Shown: positions 17,281 to 28,734 of the stretch, one piece after another | Layout: each line of letters begins with the position of its first letter | How positions within the stretch are numbered: position 1 is the stretch's first letter | From: a virus | Taxonomy: Duplodnaviria > Caudoviricetes | Reading direction: 5' to 3' (one strand) | Length of the DNA stretch: 64,000 nt | IMG/VR virus record: IMGVR_UViG_3300037067_015211 | Location: 1 to 64,000 of that record | Made by a program: the position numbers and the translations under genes | Notes under the pieces: generated by a model | The model's input: the letters and a program-made list of their open reading frames with translations, nothing else | What the model was told of the DNA's origin: nothing | The model's database searches: none

Positions 17281-19772
17281 CGATTGTACTAAATGCCGTG
17301 CATTTAAAGTGATGAAGAAGTTCTACAAGGAATTCGACCATGACACAAATTGCCCGGTCTACGCCGTTAGCGCCGACGATGATTCCTGCACTTGTTGGAA
17401 AAAGGAAGCAAAACAGTACATCGATTTTGCCAAGCACCAAAAGAAACTAAAAAAACGCCTTGACAAATAAGAAACTACACGTACAATACAAATGGCCTTC
17501 ACCAGCCGCTTTAAAGAAAGGAAAATATGATGACAGACTACTATGAATGGAATTCTAAGCCCCCTATGTGGGAAATCAAGCAAGTGAATGAGCCGCAATA
17601 TGTTGAATTTAATGTGGGGGAAGATGATGAAAAAGTTGTAATACTAAAAGAATATATTTGGTGCATTGAAAAAGTAGGTGGAAGAGTCTGTGTCCATTTT
17701 ATTACTGGCAAAAATATTTACGTTACCGGTACATACGAAGAAGTTTTAAAGAAAATGAACATATGCTTATAACGACAGTCCAAATCAATAAGCGTTATCT
17801 GTACTCAATATATGCTCAATGGATTGGCGGTACTTCTAAAATCGGGCTGTACAAATATGAAATCATTAACGAGGATGGCGACACCAAATACGTTGTAGCT
17901 GAAGGCAACGTAAAACACAAAAGAGATTTGGGTGCGCTAAAACTGGTGCATAAAGTAATTGTAGATTATCTGAAAAAGAAAAAAAATGAAAACCTATGAA
18001 GTAAAATTTGCGCTCAATGACAAAGTTGAGTGTGATGATGTTAAGATGATGATTACTGGAATAACGATAAGAAAACGTGGCTATTTATATGAATGTTCGT
18101 GGATGTCAAATAGTGAACATAAAGTTTCATGGTTTGAAGAAGATGAATTAAGGAGTATGCCATGAGTTACGAGGGTCATGACAAATATCTTTGCCCCAAT
18201 GGGCACCTTTGGATCCAAAACTGTATGGCATACGTGGAGCCAGAAGTTTGCCCTGAGTGCGGCGAAAATTTTGTTTGGATTACATGCGTAGATGAAACTA
18301 ATGGGGCAGAAGAAGGAAAAATCCTTTGCCCGGGAGATGTCGTTTTGAAAATCGCGCACAAAAATACTTGCACCTGTAAAGATTGTGGACAAGATCATCA
18401 AAAAGCACCAGTGCAATATTTTATCCCCACAAATATCGGAAATGTATTGGCCATGAACATTAAAAACCATAAGCCGGGATGCAAATATTTGTCGGATCAC
18501 ACACAAGATTGTAATTGTGGGGTTATATTTGACATTAACGAGCATATTAAAAATAATCCTTGGTCTAATAAATAAGGGCAACAACATGAAAACAATTGTA
18601 ATCGAAGAACAATGTAGTGAATGTGGCGGAAGTGGCGTATACAAAGGGTTTGCAGAAAAGGGTGGATTGGCAGTTGTTTGTATACACTGTAATGGCACAG
18701 GAAAATACACCTTTAAACACAGTTATAAAGAGTTTGTTGGAATACAAAAAAGAAATTCAATTAAATGGGTGATTCCAATAAATCCCGGCTATTCCTTGTC
18801 TGAAAATAGCCCAGATATTGGCGGAATGTCATACGATGAATGGCAATCTGGTAAAAAGTTTACCGGCAAATTTGAGGACAGAAAAAGAACTTGCCCGAGA
18901 CAATATTATCAGCGTTATGATTACAATAAAATACCAGAGTGGGATGATTGCCAAAGTGCCAATGCCTTTAAAGATTGTAAAAATTATCAATGTAAGGAAA
19001 AATGTTGGAGAAAGTGGGATAATGAACAAAAAACATAAAATTATTAAAATTGTTGATTTGGCCGCATACTCTACTAAAGGAACATTAATGGTTGCGTTTT
19101 GGGCAAAAATGGATTGCCCGGCAATGCCACAAAAAAGGGATGGGATATGGCAACATTTTTATTGTCAAGGTTGTTTGCATCATTAGAAAATAAGGTATTT
19201 GTATGCAAATAGAAAAAATCATTAAACAGATAAAAGAATTGAAAAGACAAGAAGATTTTCTATTTGATAACGGGCCGGGGATTTATTCCTTTGGTGACGG
19301 ACAAGAAACAAATACGGTTTCTTCAACCGATAAATTGAAAAAAATCAGAAGAAAAAGAAAAGTTTTAGCACAACAATTGGCGACATGTCCAGAAGCCTAC
19401 AAACATATGTACTGCTGGATGATTGACGTTAGCATAAAATCAGACAATGACATTGACGAAGAAAGCCTGCAATTATTAAATGAAGAAAGAAGAGAAGACT
19501 TTGTAGACAAGCATGCCAATTTTGCGAAAACAGTCAGAGAGTTTTTGCACAATAAGTTTGGACAATATTTAAGAGATGTTGGCTCTGGCTGTGGATCAGT
19601 CGATTTGGGATATCACTGCAATGAAGAGACGGCAAATAATATTTGCTTTCTACTACACAATAATTTCCAAGAAGCAATCAGGCTTGGACTTTTAAAGATT
19701 TCAAAAAAGTTTTGGGGCTGGAATATTGTTTGGAATGGCGAAAATATAAGATTATGCAGCAGTAGTCTTTAG
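17273..19772 (+). other. Run of small hypothetical genes, several Cys-rich (e.g. 17527-17772, 17763-17999, 18162-18575, 18586-19038, 19203-19772)
   Basis: Abutting + strand ORFs; 18586-19038 has DnaJ-type CxxCxGxG repeats. Confidence 0.55.
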
Positions 19773-19780
19773 GAAATCTA

Positions 19781-20104
19781 ATGAACATAGTCTCTGAGCA
19801 AGAATTTAAGAAAATCCTAAAAGAAAGGCTAGTCGATCTACCTAAAGTAAAATCAGTTACGGGGCCGGGCAGAAGCGGGGCTGTGGCCGCTGTATACGCC
19901 TCCTACGCGCTTGAAATCCCGTTTATACCGTATGGACAGCCTATTCCAAAACATCTTTGTCCTGTGCTCATTATAGACACCACAATCAAAACAGGCAAGA
20001 CAATCAGACGAGCCACTAAAAAATATGGGGATTCGTTTCCGCTTTGTCTTATCAAGGAGCCGCCCAGAGTACATTTTTGGTACGAGTTTTTAAGGAACAG
20101 TTAA
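19781..20104 (+). CDS. Minimal phosphoribosyltransferase-like protein
   Basis: GPGRSG...VLIIDTTIKTGKTI resembles a degenerate PRPP-binding loop. Confidence 0.5.
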   Translation: MNIVSEQEFKKILKERLVDLPKVKSVTGPGRSGAVAAVYASYALEIPFIPYGQPIPKHLCPVLIIDTTIKTGKTIRRATKKYGDSFPLCLIKEPPRVHFWYEFLRNS

Positions 20105-20297
20105 ACATGAGACACCAAAGAATCAGAGCAAATTTTGATAAAAACATTGAACCCGATTATGAATTAGGGGGTTGGTACGACGGTAAAAGATCATACCTTT
20201 GGTTCGGCAAAAAGATTGGCCCCTGTTGCGGTATCATCTCCGGGCAAAGACTCTACCGTATGGCAAAAGCCATTGTAAAAAACTTTGAGGAAGACAA

Positions 20298-20708
20298 GTG
20301 ACGCCCAGAACATTCAGAAAAAGCGCAGAAAAGTATCCTTCCAGAAAATATAACGGCAAAAATTATTGCCGCTATTGCGGTAGAGAACTAGCAGGTAGAA
20401 AAACAAGCTTTTGCAACTACCGATGCATAGCCGACTTTCTAATTCACACAGACTCCACACAATTTAGAAACTATATTATCGCCAGAGATGCAGGAATTTG
20501 CCAACTGTGTGGTTTCGGATGCGCCCACAACGGAATAGTACACCATATCGTATCAATCGCAAATGGCGGAAGCGAATTTGACGAGCGAAATGCAATTCTT
20601 GTGTGTAAACAACACCACGACGAACTACACTCGATAGAATCGAATAAAACAAAAGAAAAATTCAAAGCAATGTTTGGAGTCACTGAACATGTTGTCGAAC
20701 ATGAATAA
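20298..20708 (+). CDS. HNH endonuclease
   Basis: RDAGICQLCG...VHHIVSIANGG..N..LVCKQHH. Confidence 0.8.
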   Translation: MTPRTFRKSAEKYPSRKYNGKNYCRYCGRELAGRKTSFCNYRCIADFLIHTDSTQFRNYIIARDAGICQLCGFGCAHNGIVHHIVSIANGGSEFDERNAILVCKQHHDELHSIESNKTKEKFKAMFGVTEHVVEHE

Positions 20709-21462
20709 CACAATAAACAAGAAATTCCCTATCGACGCACCATTACCGGCGTTCTTTTCATTATGTGCCAAAGAAATAGAATTCTTGCCAAAGCAATTTG
20801 ATTTGGCCTTAAAGGCATTAATTTCTTTGTACGCCACTGAAGATGGATTGCCAAAAGAAAATAGTTGTTTCGGTGACGACCAAACTACACATATCATGAA
20901 AGCAGGACATTATGTTAGTTGTTATACCATAGATTTGCTTTCTCAAAACACCACTAACATAAAAATTAAAGAAGTCGTGCTAGAAAATTTATCGTTTAAA
21001 ATGGTAAAAGCGTATGATTACAAAATATCAGATATGCTTGCGGCTGTTTGTTGCCATAAAATATTGTCTGTTTTAAAGAAAAAAAATGTTAATAACAATA
21101 TGGCCCATGCAATCACAGCAGGTTTCATATATCAATGTGAAGAAATGTGCTCGCCGCAATACACATTCTCACGAATAGTTGTAGCCGCACTAAAAAATAT
21201 TTTTCTTAATACATTTCACAACGATATCATTCTATATGATAAAGAAGAAAACGAATGCATTAATTTTAGATACCTCTTTCTCGACAAAATGTTTTCTGAA
21301 AAAACATTTTATAAAAAAGAGATGCCAGAAGATTTTTTGCGCAAAATGTTTGTCGATAAATTATTACGAGAATATCATTGCAATCTAAATGCAATAATAC
21401 TGGATTATGTGCATCAAACAATTTGGAAAACAATTGATTTGTTCCGGCGAGAAATTTATTAA
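20701..21462 (+). CDS. Hypothetical protein
   Basis: About 253-aa ORF overlapping the HNH stop. Confidence 0.55.
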   Translation: MNNTINKKFPIDAPLPAFFSLCAKEIEFLPKQFDLALKALISLYATEDGLPKENSCFGDDQTTHIMKAGHYVSCYTIDLLSQNTTNIKIKEVVLENLSFKMVKAYDYKISDMLAAVCCHKILSVLKKKNVNNNMAHAITAGFIYQCEEMCSPQYTFSRIVVAALKNIFLNTFHNDIILYDKEENECINFRYLFLDKMFSEKTFYKKEMPEDFLRKMFVDKLLREYHCNLNAIILDYVHQTIWKTIDLFRREIY

Positions 21463-21601
21463 CTTAAATGTTAAGTTTACTGTGTGGGGGTGATTACCGT
21501 GCAGTAAACACACCCACCGGGTAAACAACAATTATTTTACGGAATTATGCACTTGACAAAGCATGATCCATACATATACTATAGGTGGTTAGGAGAAAAT
21601 T

Positions 21602-22558
21602 ATGAGATACCAACCACCCAAATACAAGTGCCTATCTGAGATGGCCGCAATCGACGTAGGCCGGTTGACCGAAGATGAGGCCCGGACCATACTTGAGAAT
21701 ATTAGATGGCCAGAGGGCATTAAATGCCCTCACTGTGGAAGCAAGATGATAACCAAGCTTAACGGTTCAGTGGGCCGGGACGGCCTTATCCAGTGCAATC
21801 AGTGTAGGAATCAATTTACCGTCACGGTAGGAACCGTTATGCAAGGTTCTCATATTACGCTCCGTCAGTGGATTCAGGCTTTCTACGCCATGTGTAGTTC
21901 CAAAAAGGGCGTATCTGCTCTACAATTACAGAGAAATCTTGGCCTTGGTTCTTACAGATCTGCTTGGCACTTGGCCCACCGCATTAGGCTGGCCATGCGC
22001 GAGGATCCCATGATTAAGCTGATGGGGATCGTGGAAGTGGACGAGACCTACGTGGGCGGCAAGCCCCGCAAGGGTGACGGGGAAGTCCACAGGCGGGGAC
22101 GGGGAACCAAGAAAACGCCTGTAGTCGCGCTTGTCCAAAGGGGTGGTAAGGTTATCTCCCGGCCCGTCGAGAAGGTCAACGCCGACACTCTCAAGGGGGC
22201 GATCAAAGAGGGGTGCCATAAGAACACGAGGATCATGACCGACGAATGGCCAGCCTACCGGGGGATCGGCAAGGACTTCCAAGGCCACGAAGTGGTAAAG
22301 CATAACTCGGGCGAATACGCCCGGGGAGAGATTAATACCAATACAGTGGAATCCTACTTTTCCTTGCTAAAACGCGGTCTTCATGGTATATTTCATCATG
22401 TGTCTAAGGATCATCTTTATAGATACTGTGATGAGTTTAATTTCCGCTGGAACTGGCGATCTGTCAAGGACGGCGAGAGAGCCACGGAGGCTATCAAGGG
22501 ATTTGTGGGCAAGAGACTTAGTTACAAGGAAAAGAATGAAAAGAACATCAAACATTAA
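21602..22558 (+). CDS. IS1595-family DDE transposase
   Basis: RWP..CPHCG/CNQC Zn ribbon, VEVDETYVGG, IMTDEW, NTVESYFSLLKR, YCDEFNFRWN. Confidence 0.93.
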   Translation: MRYQPPKYKCLSEMAAIDVGRLTEDEARTILENIRWPEGIKCPHCGSKMITKLNGSVGRDGLIQCNQCRNQFTVTVGTVMQGSHITLRQWIQAFYAMCSSKKGVSALQLQRNLGLGSYRSAWHLAHRIRLAMREDPMIKLMGIVEVDETYVGGKPRKGDGEVHRRGRGTKKTPVVALVQRGGKVISRPVEKVNADTLKGAIKEGCHKNTRIMTDEWPAYRGIGKDFQGHEVVKHNSGEYARGEINTNTVESYFSLLKRGLHGIFHHVSKDHLYRYCDEFNFRWNWRSVKDGERATEAIKGFVGKRLSYKEKNEKNIKH

Positions 22559-25500
22559 AACAAAAGAAGAATTAAAAGAAAAACTAGAAGAATTAATCGA
22601 AAACTTTGTAACAGAAAATGGATGGCAACAAAATGAAGATCATATCCAAACATTTTATACGATAAAATTACTGGAATGCTTGGGGTGGAACGGCAGGAAC
22701 GCAAAAATTAAAAAAGCACAAGACATCAAAAATCAAAAATTCCCAGATATCACATTAAAAAATGATGAAAATTTTCCTTTACTGATAATCGAATCAAAAA
22801 CCGCCGTAAAAACAGAAAGGCTCGATGAAGGTTATCCAAAACTAAAGTTTTCAGATCAATTGATAAGATATTGCGCGGACGCCGGAATTTATTGGGGCGT
22901 ATTAACTAATTTCGTAGAATGGAGAGTTTATAACTCCCATACTCACCGCCTCTACAAAAATAAAAAATACGCATTTCATAAATTGCTATGGAAAAATTCA
23001 AAAAAAGAAAACTACATTGACATCCTATCAGATGAAGGATTAGATTTTTTATTCAACATGTCCGTTAAAAGCCTATGCCAAAATCAAGGATGTTGGGATA
23101 GCGATCCAGTTTATAGGCCATTACAAAAAGATTTGGATGAAAAAGAACAAAAGGGAAAATTCTTTATTTCCTTAAAATCTTGGCGAAACTCATTAGTAAA
23201 TTGCATAAAGAGTCTCGACCACAAGCATGCAGTTAATGTAGATGTTGTCGCACAAAAGATATTAGATCGTCTAATATTCATTAAAATTTGTCGTGACAGA
23301 GGAATTATTGGACAAGATATTCTTTCGGAAGTGTTACATGCAACACAGAAGTATGAAATACTAAAAGTTAAATTTCAAAGAATGAATGAACTATTCAACT
23401 CTGAACTATTTTCTAAGGATGAAATTGACGGCCTAAATATTAAAAATGAAATCATTGAACCAATCCTAAAGGGAATCAATGAAATCGATTTTAGTAAGCT
23501 GAATGCCCATATCATAGGAGAAGTTTATGAAAACTTTTTGGGCGAGCTACAAAAATCGCTAGAATTGACGAGTGGGGGCAACAAGAGGCAACTCCAAGGC
23601 ATTTATTATACTCCACAATATATTGTCAAGTATATTGTAGAAAATACGATAGGTGAAAATTTAAGAAACGTTAAAAGCGAAGAAGAAATAGAAAAATTAA
23701 AGGTGATAGATATAGCATGTGGTTCCGGATCGTTTTTAATCTGTGTTTTTGACGCATTCTATGAAGCCTACAAACGTATCAACAAGGGACAAACATTATT
23801 TGATTTTGACATTAAAAGAAAGATATTGCAAAACAATATCTACGGAGTTGACCTAGATGAACGGGCTATCGAGATCACAAAACTAAATCTAATGATAAAG
23901 GCATTAGAGGGAACAAAACCAGAAACGTTAACCGGCCAACATCTTTTGCCAAATCTAAATTTCAATATACGGCGAGGCAATTCTTTGGTAAGTATAGTGT
24001 CCACAACGATCCTTGCTTCGCAACAAAGTAAATTGGATGAAATTCTTGTTCTAAAATCTAAATTCTATCAGAATGAAAAAAATGTTCTTGAACAAATATT
24101 TGTAACCGAAAACTACGTCTACCAGAAGTTGCTAAACGATACGCAAATCACAGCAACTTTAAAAGAGAACTTGTTTAATTTTGAAGTGGCGTTTTATGAT
24201 GTCATAAAAGATGGTGGCTTTGATGCCGTTGTTGGAAATCCTCCCTATTTGCGAGAGAAAGGACATAAGCATATTTTTGATATAGTAAGATCGGGCGATT
24301 ATCATAAATATCTGCAAGGGAAAATGGACTATTGGTATTTTTTCCTTCATAGGGCAATTGATTTAGCAAAACAAAATGGCACTATAGGGTTTATTACCAA
24401 TAGTTATTTTACAAAAGGAGATGGTGCCCAAAAATTAATACAAAGGATACGAGAAGAAACTGTAATGAAGGATGTGGTCGATTTCGATGACATCAAAATA
24501 TTTGGAAATGTATCAGGAAAACATCTTATCCATATTTATGAAAAAGCAAAGGGGAACGAAAAATCAAGAACCAAGTACCGTCTTTTGCAAGAAAATGAAA
24601 TAAATGGCTTCAATGTCGATAAGAAATGCAAACAGCTTCCCTATCTTCAAATATTTGATGACGATAAAATATCCTTTGATATAGATACAATTGTTTACAA
24701 AAGTTGCAAACCATTGGACGATCTTTATGATTCTTCAGTAGGCATACAAGAAGGACCGGATAAAGTAAACTCTGCAAAGGCAAAAGAATTTGGCCTTGAT
24801 GTCGGAGCCGGTGTTTTTGTTGTTACAAAAAAAGAACTCGAAGCAATTCAATTAACGCGAAAGGAACAAGAATTTGTTAAAAGGTATGTTGATATGTGCG
24901 ATGTAGAAAAATATCGCAACAATTTCAACAACCAATACTTGTTTTATATGACGAAAGAAAATTGTCCTAACATTGCAAAATACCCTAACATACAAAAGCA
25001 TTTATTGAAATTTAAGAGAATAATGGATGAAAGAAGAGAAACAAGAAATGGTCTTATCAAATGGTATCAAACACACTGGCCACGCGACCCTAAATATTAT
25101 GAAAGTCATAAACTAATATGTAAGGGCATGTTTGCCGTTCCAGAATTTACATTTGATGATGAAAAATATTATGCTGGAATGTCTTTCAGTCTTATTATTC
25201 AAAAAGATGCGGATTATTCCTTGAAATATCTTCTAGGACTATTAAATTCTTCTCTTGGTGCATATTGGTTTAACAAGCATGGGAAAAGAAGGGGAATAGG
25301 TGTAGATATTGGAGTAAAAGTATTTCGAAAATTTCCTGTGTTTTGCGCTTCTCATGAACAACAGGGGAAAATTAAGGCACTTGTGAATGAAACCATTAAT
25401 ATCAAGAAAAAAATGACAAAAGATTTGAATTATATGGATAAAGGGGCTTTAAAGATTGATTTTTCTGCAAAAGAAATGGCAATAAACGAAGCTATATATG

Positions 25501-25559
25501 AGATATACGGACTAACAAAAGAAGAGATTGAGATAGTAGAAAAAGAGGTAGGAGTATGA
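22536..25559 (+). CDS. Type IIG (Eco57I/TaqI-C-like) fused restriction endonuclease-N6 methyltransferase
   Basis: PD..ExK (FPDITL..IIESK), GIYYTPQYIV, motif I DIACGSGSF, motif IV GNPPY, C-terminal TRD (YLLGLLNS). Confidence 0.88.
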   Translation: MKRTSNIKTKEELKEKLEELIENFVTENGWQQNEDHIQTFYTIKLLECLGWNGRNAKIKKAQDIKNQKFPDITLKNDENFPLLIIESKTAVKTERLDEGYPKLKFSDQLIRYCADAGIYWGVLTNFVEWRVYNSHTHRLYKNKKYAFHKLLWKNSKKENYIDILSDEGLDFLFNMSVKSLCQNQGCWDSDPVYRPLQKDLDEKEQKGKFFISLKSWRNSLVNCIKSLDHKHAVNVDVVAQKILDRLIFIKICRDRGIIGQDILSEVLHATQKYEILKVKFQRMNELFNSELFSKDEIDGLNIKNEIIEPILKGINEIDFSKLNAHIIGEVYENFLGELQKSLELTSGGNKRQLQGIYYTPQYIVKYIVENTIGENLRNVKSEEEIEKLKVIDIACGSGSFLICVFDAFYEAYKRINKGQTLFDFDIKRKILQNNIYGVDLDERAIEITKLNLMIKALEGTKPETLTGQHLLPNLNFNIRRGNSLVSIVSTTILASQQSKLDEILVLKSKFYQNEKNVLEQIFVTENYVYQKLLNDTQITATLKENLFNFEVAFYDVIKDGGFDAVVGNPPYLREKGHKHIFDIVRSGDYHKYLQGKMDYWYFFLHRAIDLAKQNGTIGFITNSYFTKGDGAQKLIQRIREETVMKDVVDFDDIKIFGNVSGKHLIHIYEKAKGNEKSRTKYRLLQENEINGFNVDKKCKQLPYLQIFDDDKISFDIDTIVYKSCKPLDDLYDSSVGIQEGPDKVNSAKAKEFGLDVGAGVFVVTKKELEAIQLTRKEQEFVKRYVDMCDVEKYRNNFNNQYLFYMTKENCPNIAKYPNIQKHLLKFKRIMDERRETRNGLIKWYQTHWPRDPKYYESHKLICKGMFAVPEFTFDDEKYYAGMSFSLIIQKDADYSLKYLLGLLNSSLGAYWFNKHGKRRGIGVDIGVKVFRKFPVFCASHEQQGKIKALVNETINIKKKMTKDLNYMDKGALKIDFSAKEMAINEAIYEIYGLTKEEIEIVEKEVGV

Positions 25560-25687
25560 AAACAAAGCCAAAGAAAAGGCAGAAGCTATCCTTCTACGGA
25601 CACAAGGTAGAGGACGTTCTTAGGGCTTTCATGGAAGTAAATCCGGCCAAAAATCGTAAGTCGTTGATAAACAAAAGGATGGATTAG
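25556..25687 (+). CDS. Small basic ORF at the IS1595 right end
   Basis: MKTKPKKRQKLSFYGHKVEDVLRAFMEVNP; AGGAG RBS; overlaps the RM stop. Confidence 0.5.
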   Translation: MKTKPKKRQKLSFYGHKVEDVLRAFMEVNPAKNRKSLINKRMD

Positions 25688-25774
25688 TTGGCTTTGTCAA
25701 GTGCATAATTCCGAAATCAAATATTGGTTCTCTTAAAAAGAATGCATTGATTTTAAAACAATAAAGGCAATAGA

Positions 25775-26044
25775 ATGGATTGGTATGAAAACATAGAGCT
25801 AGAAATACGGCCACTTGTTAAACTTTTAAGAGACAATGGCTTTAATACAACCGGCTCCTGTGGACATGAAATGTGGGTAGAAATAGAACTTGGAAACAAT
25901 TTAGATGAAGCAGAACAGCTTGCACGATTTTTGCAAGAACATGGATACGAAGATTTTAGACTAGAAGCAAATTTATTTGCCGGTAAAGGACTTTGGGTTA
26001 GAAGGGCTATTGTTCAAATTGGTATATTAAAAAATCTTAAATAA
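25775..26044 (+). CDS. Hypothetical protein
   Basis: IRPLVKLL..GFNTTGSCGH motif. Confidence 0.55.
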   Translation: MDWYENIELEIRPLVKLLRDNGFNTTGSCGHEMWVEIELGNNLDEAEQLARFLQEHGYEDFRLEANLFAGKGLWVRRAIVQIGILKNLK

Positions 26045-26212
26045 CTGTTATGCTAATCACACCAATGTTTGGGCAATTTCATTTGATGTTTACTAACACT
26101 TTTTGGCGGCACAAGCATATCGAGAATTTTTTTGTCGGAATATGTTATATGTTCTTGTACTGCCTGCATGGTTTGTTGAATAAGTAGTTCTCGTTGTTTT
26201 ATTTCTTCTTGT

Positions 26213-26455
26213 TCATTCATTCGCCACGGCCTTCAATATCTGCCCGGGAACAATAGTAAAATCTGATTCCGGTTTAGTCTTTATGCGATACTCAATATCA
26301 ACCATGCCAGTACCATTGCACATGTCGCAACAGTGAGTCGTCTTCCACTTTCCTTCACCCGTCTCTGAATTAAACGTGTACGACCCCGAAGATGCATTCC
26401 CTAAACACTTGGGACAAATAATTTGCATCTCTCCATCAAACTTCTCTGCCATCAT
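26213..26455 (-). CDS. DnaJ-type Zn-finger small protein
   Basis: CPKCLG...CDMCNGTG; AAGGAG RBS. Confidence 0.55.
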   Translation of the reverse strand: MMAEKFDGEMQIICPKCLGNASSGSYTFNSETGEGKWKTTHCCDMCNGTGMVDIEYRIKTKPESDFTIVPGQILKAVANE

Positions 26456-26671
26456 TGCACTCCTTTTCTAAACATATTCTAATCATACCACAAAATAAAT
26501 TCCATGCAACAAAATTCAAAAATTATTTGTCCTGCCACACACACCAGAAACACAACAAATTATCTCATGTTTACAAGCTAGACCCTCCCCGGGGTGCAAA
26601 TTATTTTTATTTTGGCTATTGACAAAGTGGGATTTATACATACAATCATAATAGTTGTGAAAGGAAAAAAT

Positions 26672-28112
26672 ATGCAATGCGAAGCACAAATTACTGTATA
26701 TGCCCCACTTAGACTTGGTGGCACCACATCTACAAAGCAATGTACCAATAAAGCAACATATGTTTGCACCGGCAAAACAAAAGAAGAAAAGCTACAGCCG
26801 CCAATGGGGTTGTGTGACGATTGTTTGTTAATATTTTTGAAGAGAAATCCGGACTATAAGGACACTATTAAACCAATTTGAATTTGAAGGAGAACGGCAA
26901 TGAATAATAATAATTTGGGATTACTTTGCTCTTTCTTTTTTGTGGCATTTGTTATTGTTGTTTTTTTGGCACCTATAGGTATAAACACCGAAACACAAAA
27001 ATTCAAAGATCAAGCAGTACAATATGGACATGCTATATATATTACCATAAATAACGATAAGGATAAACAATTTGTATGGTTGCGCAAAGGCGACACGGAA
27101 CCTGTTTTAGAAAAATATGAAAGGCATAACAATGAGCAACAATGAAATGTGGGGCAAAAGAAGTTGGAGAACGACACATGAATATAATGGGGAATAAATA
27201 ACATGAAATGTAAAAATTGTGGAGAAGAAACGGATAACATACAAGTAATCTATATCATGGAAAATATATGGACAACAATTTGTCCATACTGTGAAAATGA
27301 CGATAAGGAAAATTTTAAAATACTTGAATTAGTAGATGGCTTGGCAAATAGCACTATTTTCGATCCCTTTACAAATAGTATCGTACAATATTTTCCAGAC
27401 GGTACATGCCAAAGAGTGCCCATTTTTGAACTAGAAGTTAAACGCGGATACGAAACAGCAAAACATATTATAACCGCTTGCCGTGAAAAATATGTGATGC
27501 TCAAGAAAGGAAAAAGAAAATTTAAGTATGCTCTAAAAGAAAATGCAGAGTATGCTATGGTTTATAACAATGCTTAAAATTGGGGTTTAACATGAACTGG
27601 ACAAAACCATACTTAGGCGTTCAACATCTCGGAAGCTTCAGCACTACAAAATCGTGGTGTACCGTAGAAGACCATAACTCCTTCGCCATTCTATCAAAAT
27701 GGGTGCCCGGTTGCCGCTTCAGTCCAGAAGAAATCAACTTTCCCACTGTAGAGCAAGCCAAAAAAGCCGGGGAAGAATGGCTGGAAAATTATTGTTGCAA
27801 AGGACAATAAACATGGGCAGATCCTACATTTTTTATAGAACTTGCGATAATTGCGGACGCGATTTTTTGTGTTGCGGAAGACCGCGCAAAACAGAATGCC
27901 TTTGTGAATTTTGTGAATTTGAAGATAATCAAAAAGAAAGTAAGCACATGAAAGATGGTTTTGCATTGTTATCGCAAGATCACGATAAAATATATCCCCA
28001 ATCCGTCGTTATTCCCGCATATAATACTACAGAAGATTATAATAAAATAAAATTAATAGAAAGAGAAGTGGAAGAATACAAGTGGCTTAAAACGATAGAA
28101 AACAACATATGA
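26672..28112 (+). other. Run of small hypothetical genes downstream of promoter 26619
   Basis: Consecutive + ORFs (26900-27145, 27203-27577, 27580-27810 and others). Confidence 0.5.
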
Positions 28113-28170
28113 AATCTGAAATTGGATACGCTCTTATGATGAGCAGAAGAAGTGAAATTATGGAGCAACA

Positions 28171-28554
28171 ATGAGAATCTGGGATATCCACCCACGCTAC
28201 ATCTGCACCCAACACCTACTGGGGCAACATAACGAATTACACTGCATCTTCAAAACACTCCACCTCAACAGAAAACCTTGGTCAAACCACCCAGAAACGA
28301 AACGCTGGCAAAATAAACTACAAGCCCTACACGCCATCCATGAACTAATCGTGCAAGAATTTGCCAACAGAAATATAAACCACAAAAGCCCACTCCCCCA
28401 GATCAAAGATAACAACATACAAACAATTTTCCTCCACTCAATCGAACAACAACATCAACTACTCTTGCAAAAATCCAAATCATTGCATAAATGCCAGTGC
28501 AACAAATTTCTACCAGAACAGCCCGATAATATCAATATATGGGAGACAAATTAG
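28171..28554 (+). CDS. Pyrimidine-dimer DNA glycosylase / endonuclease V (DenV-like) family protein
   Basis: MRIWDIHPRYI...HLLGQHNELH...NHPETKRW...H..IVQEF..R..NHKSPL. Confidence 0.75.
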   Translation: MRIWDIHPRYICTQHLLGQHNELHCIFKTLHLNRKPWSNHPETKRWQNKLQALHAIHELIVQEFANRNINHKSPLPQIKDNNIQTIFLHSIEQQHQLLLQKSKSLHKCQCNKFLPEQPDNINIWETN

Positions 28555-28734
28555 TTTGCACAAAACACCACAACCTATCCTTCCCCGCAAACCAATGTTC
28601 ACGAAATATATTTCGTCAACATAGTCTAACTCATTATATATCAATACATTATAATGAATAAAATAAATGTGAAAATATCGCTTGACAAACGACAATCCAT
28701 ACATACAATATTAATAGATGTGAAAGGGAAAAAC

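Larger units (their letters stand above)
21540..25713 (+). mobile_element. IS1595-family transporter element carrying a restriction-modification gene
   Basis: Perfect 23-bp TIRs CGGAATTATGCACTTGACAAAGC (21540-21562 and 25691-25713) enclose the transposase, RM gene and a small ORF; no target-site duplication visible. Confidence 0.88.

Noticed and set aside
22383-22535. N-terminal extension of the 1058-aa RM ORF
   Set aside because: Out-of-frame overlap with the transposase; ATG 22536 after AAGGA is the more plausible start.
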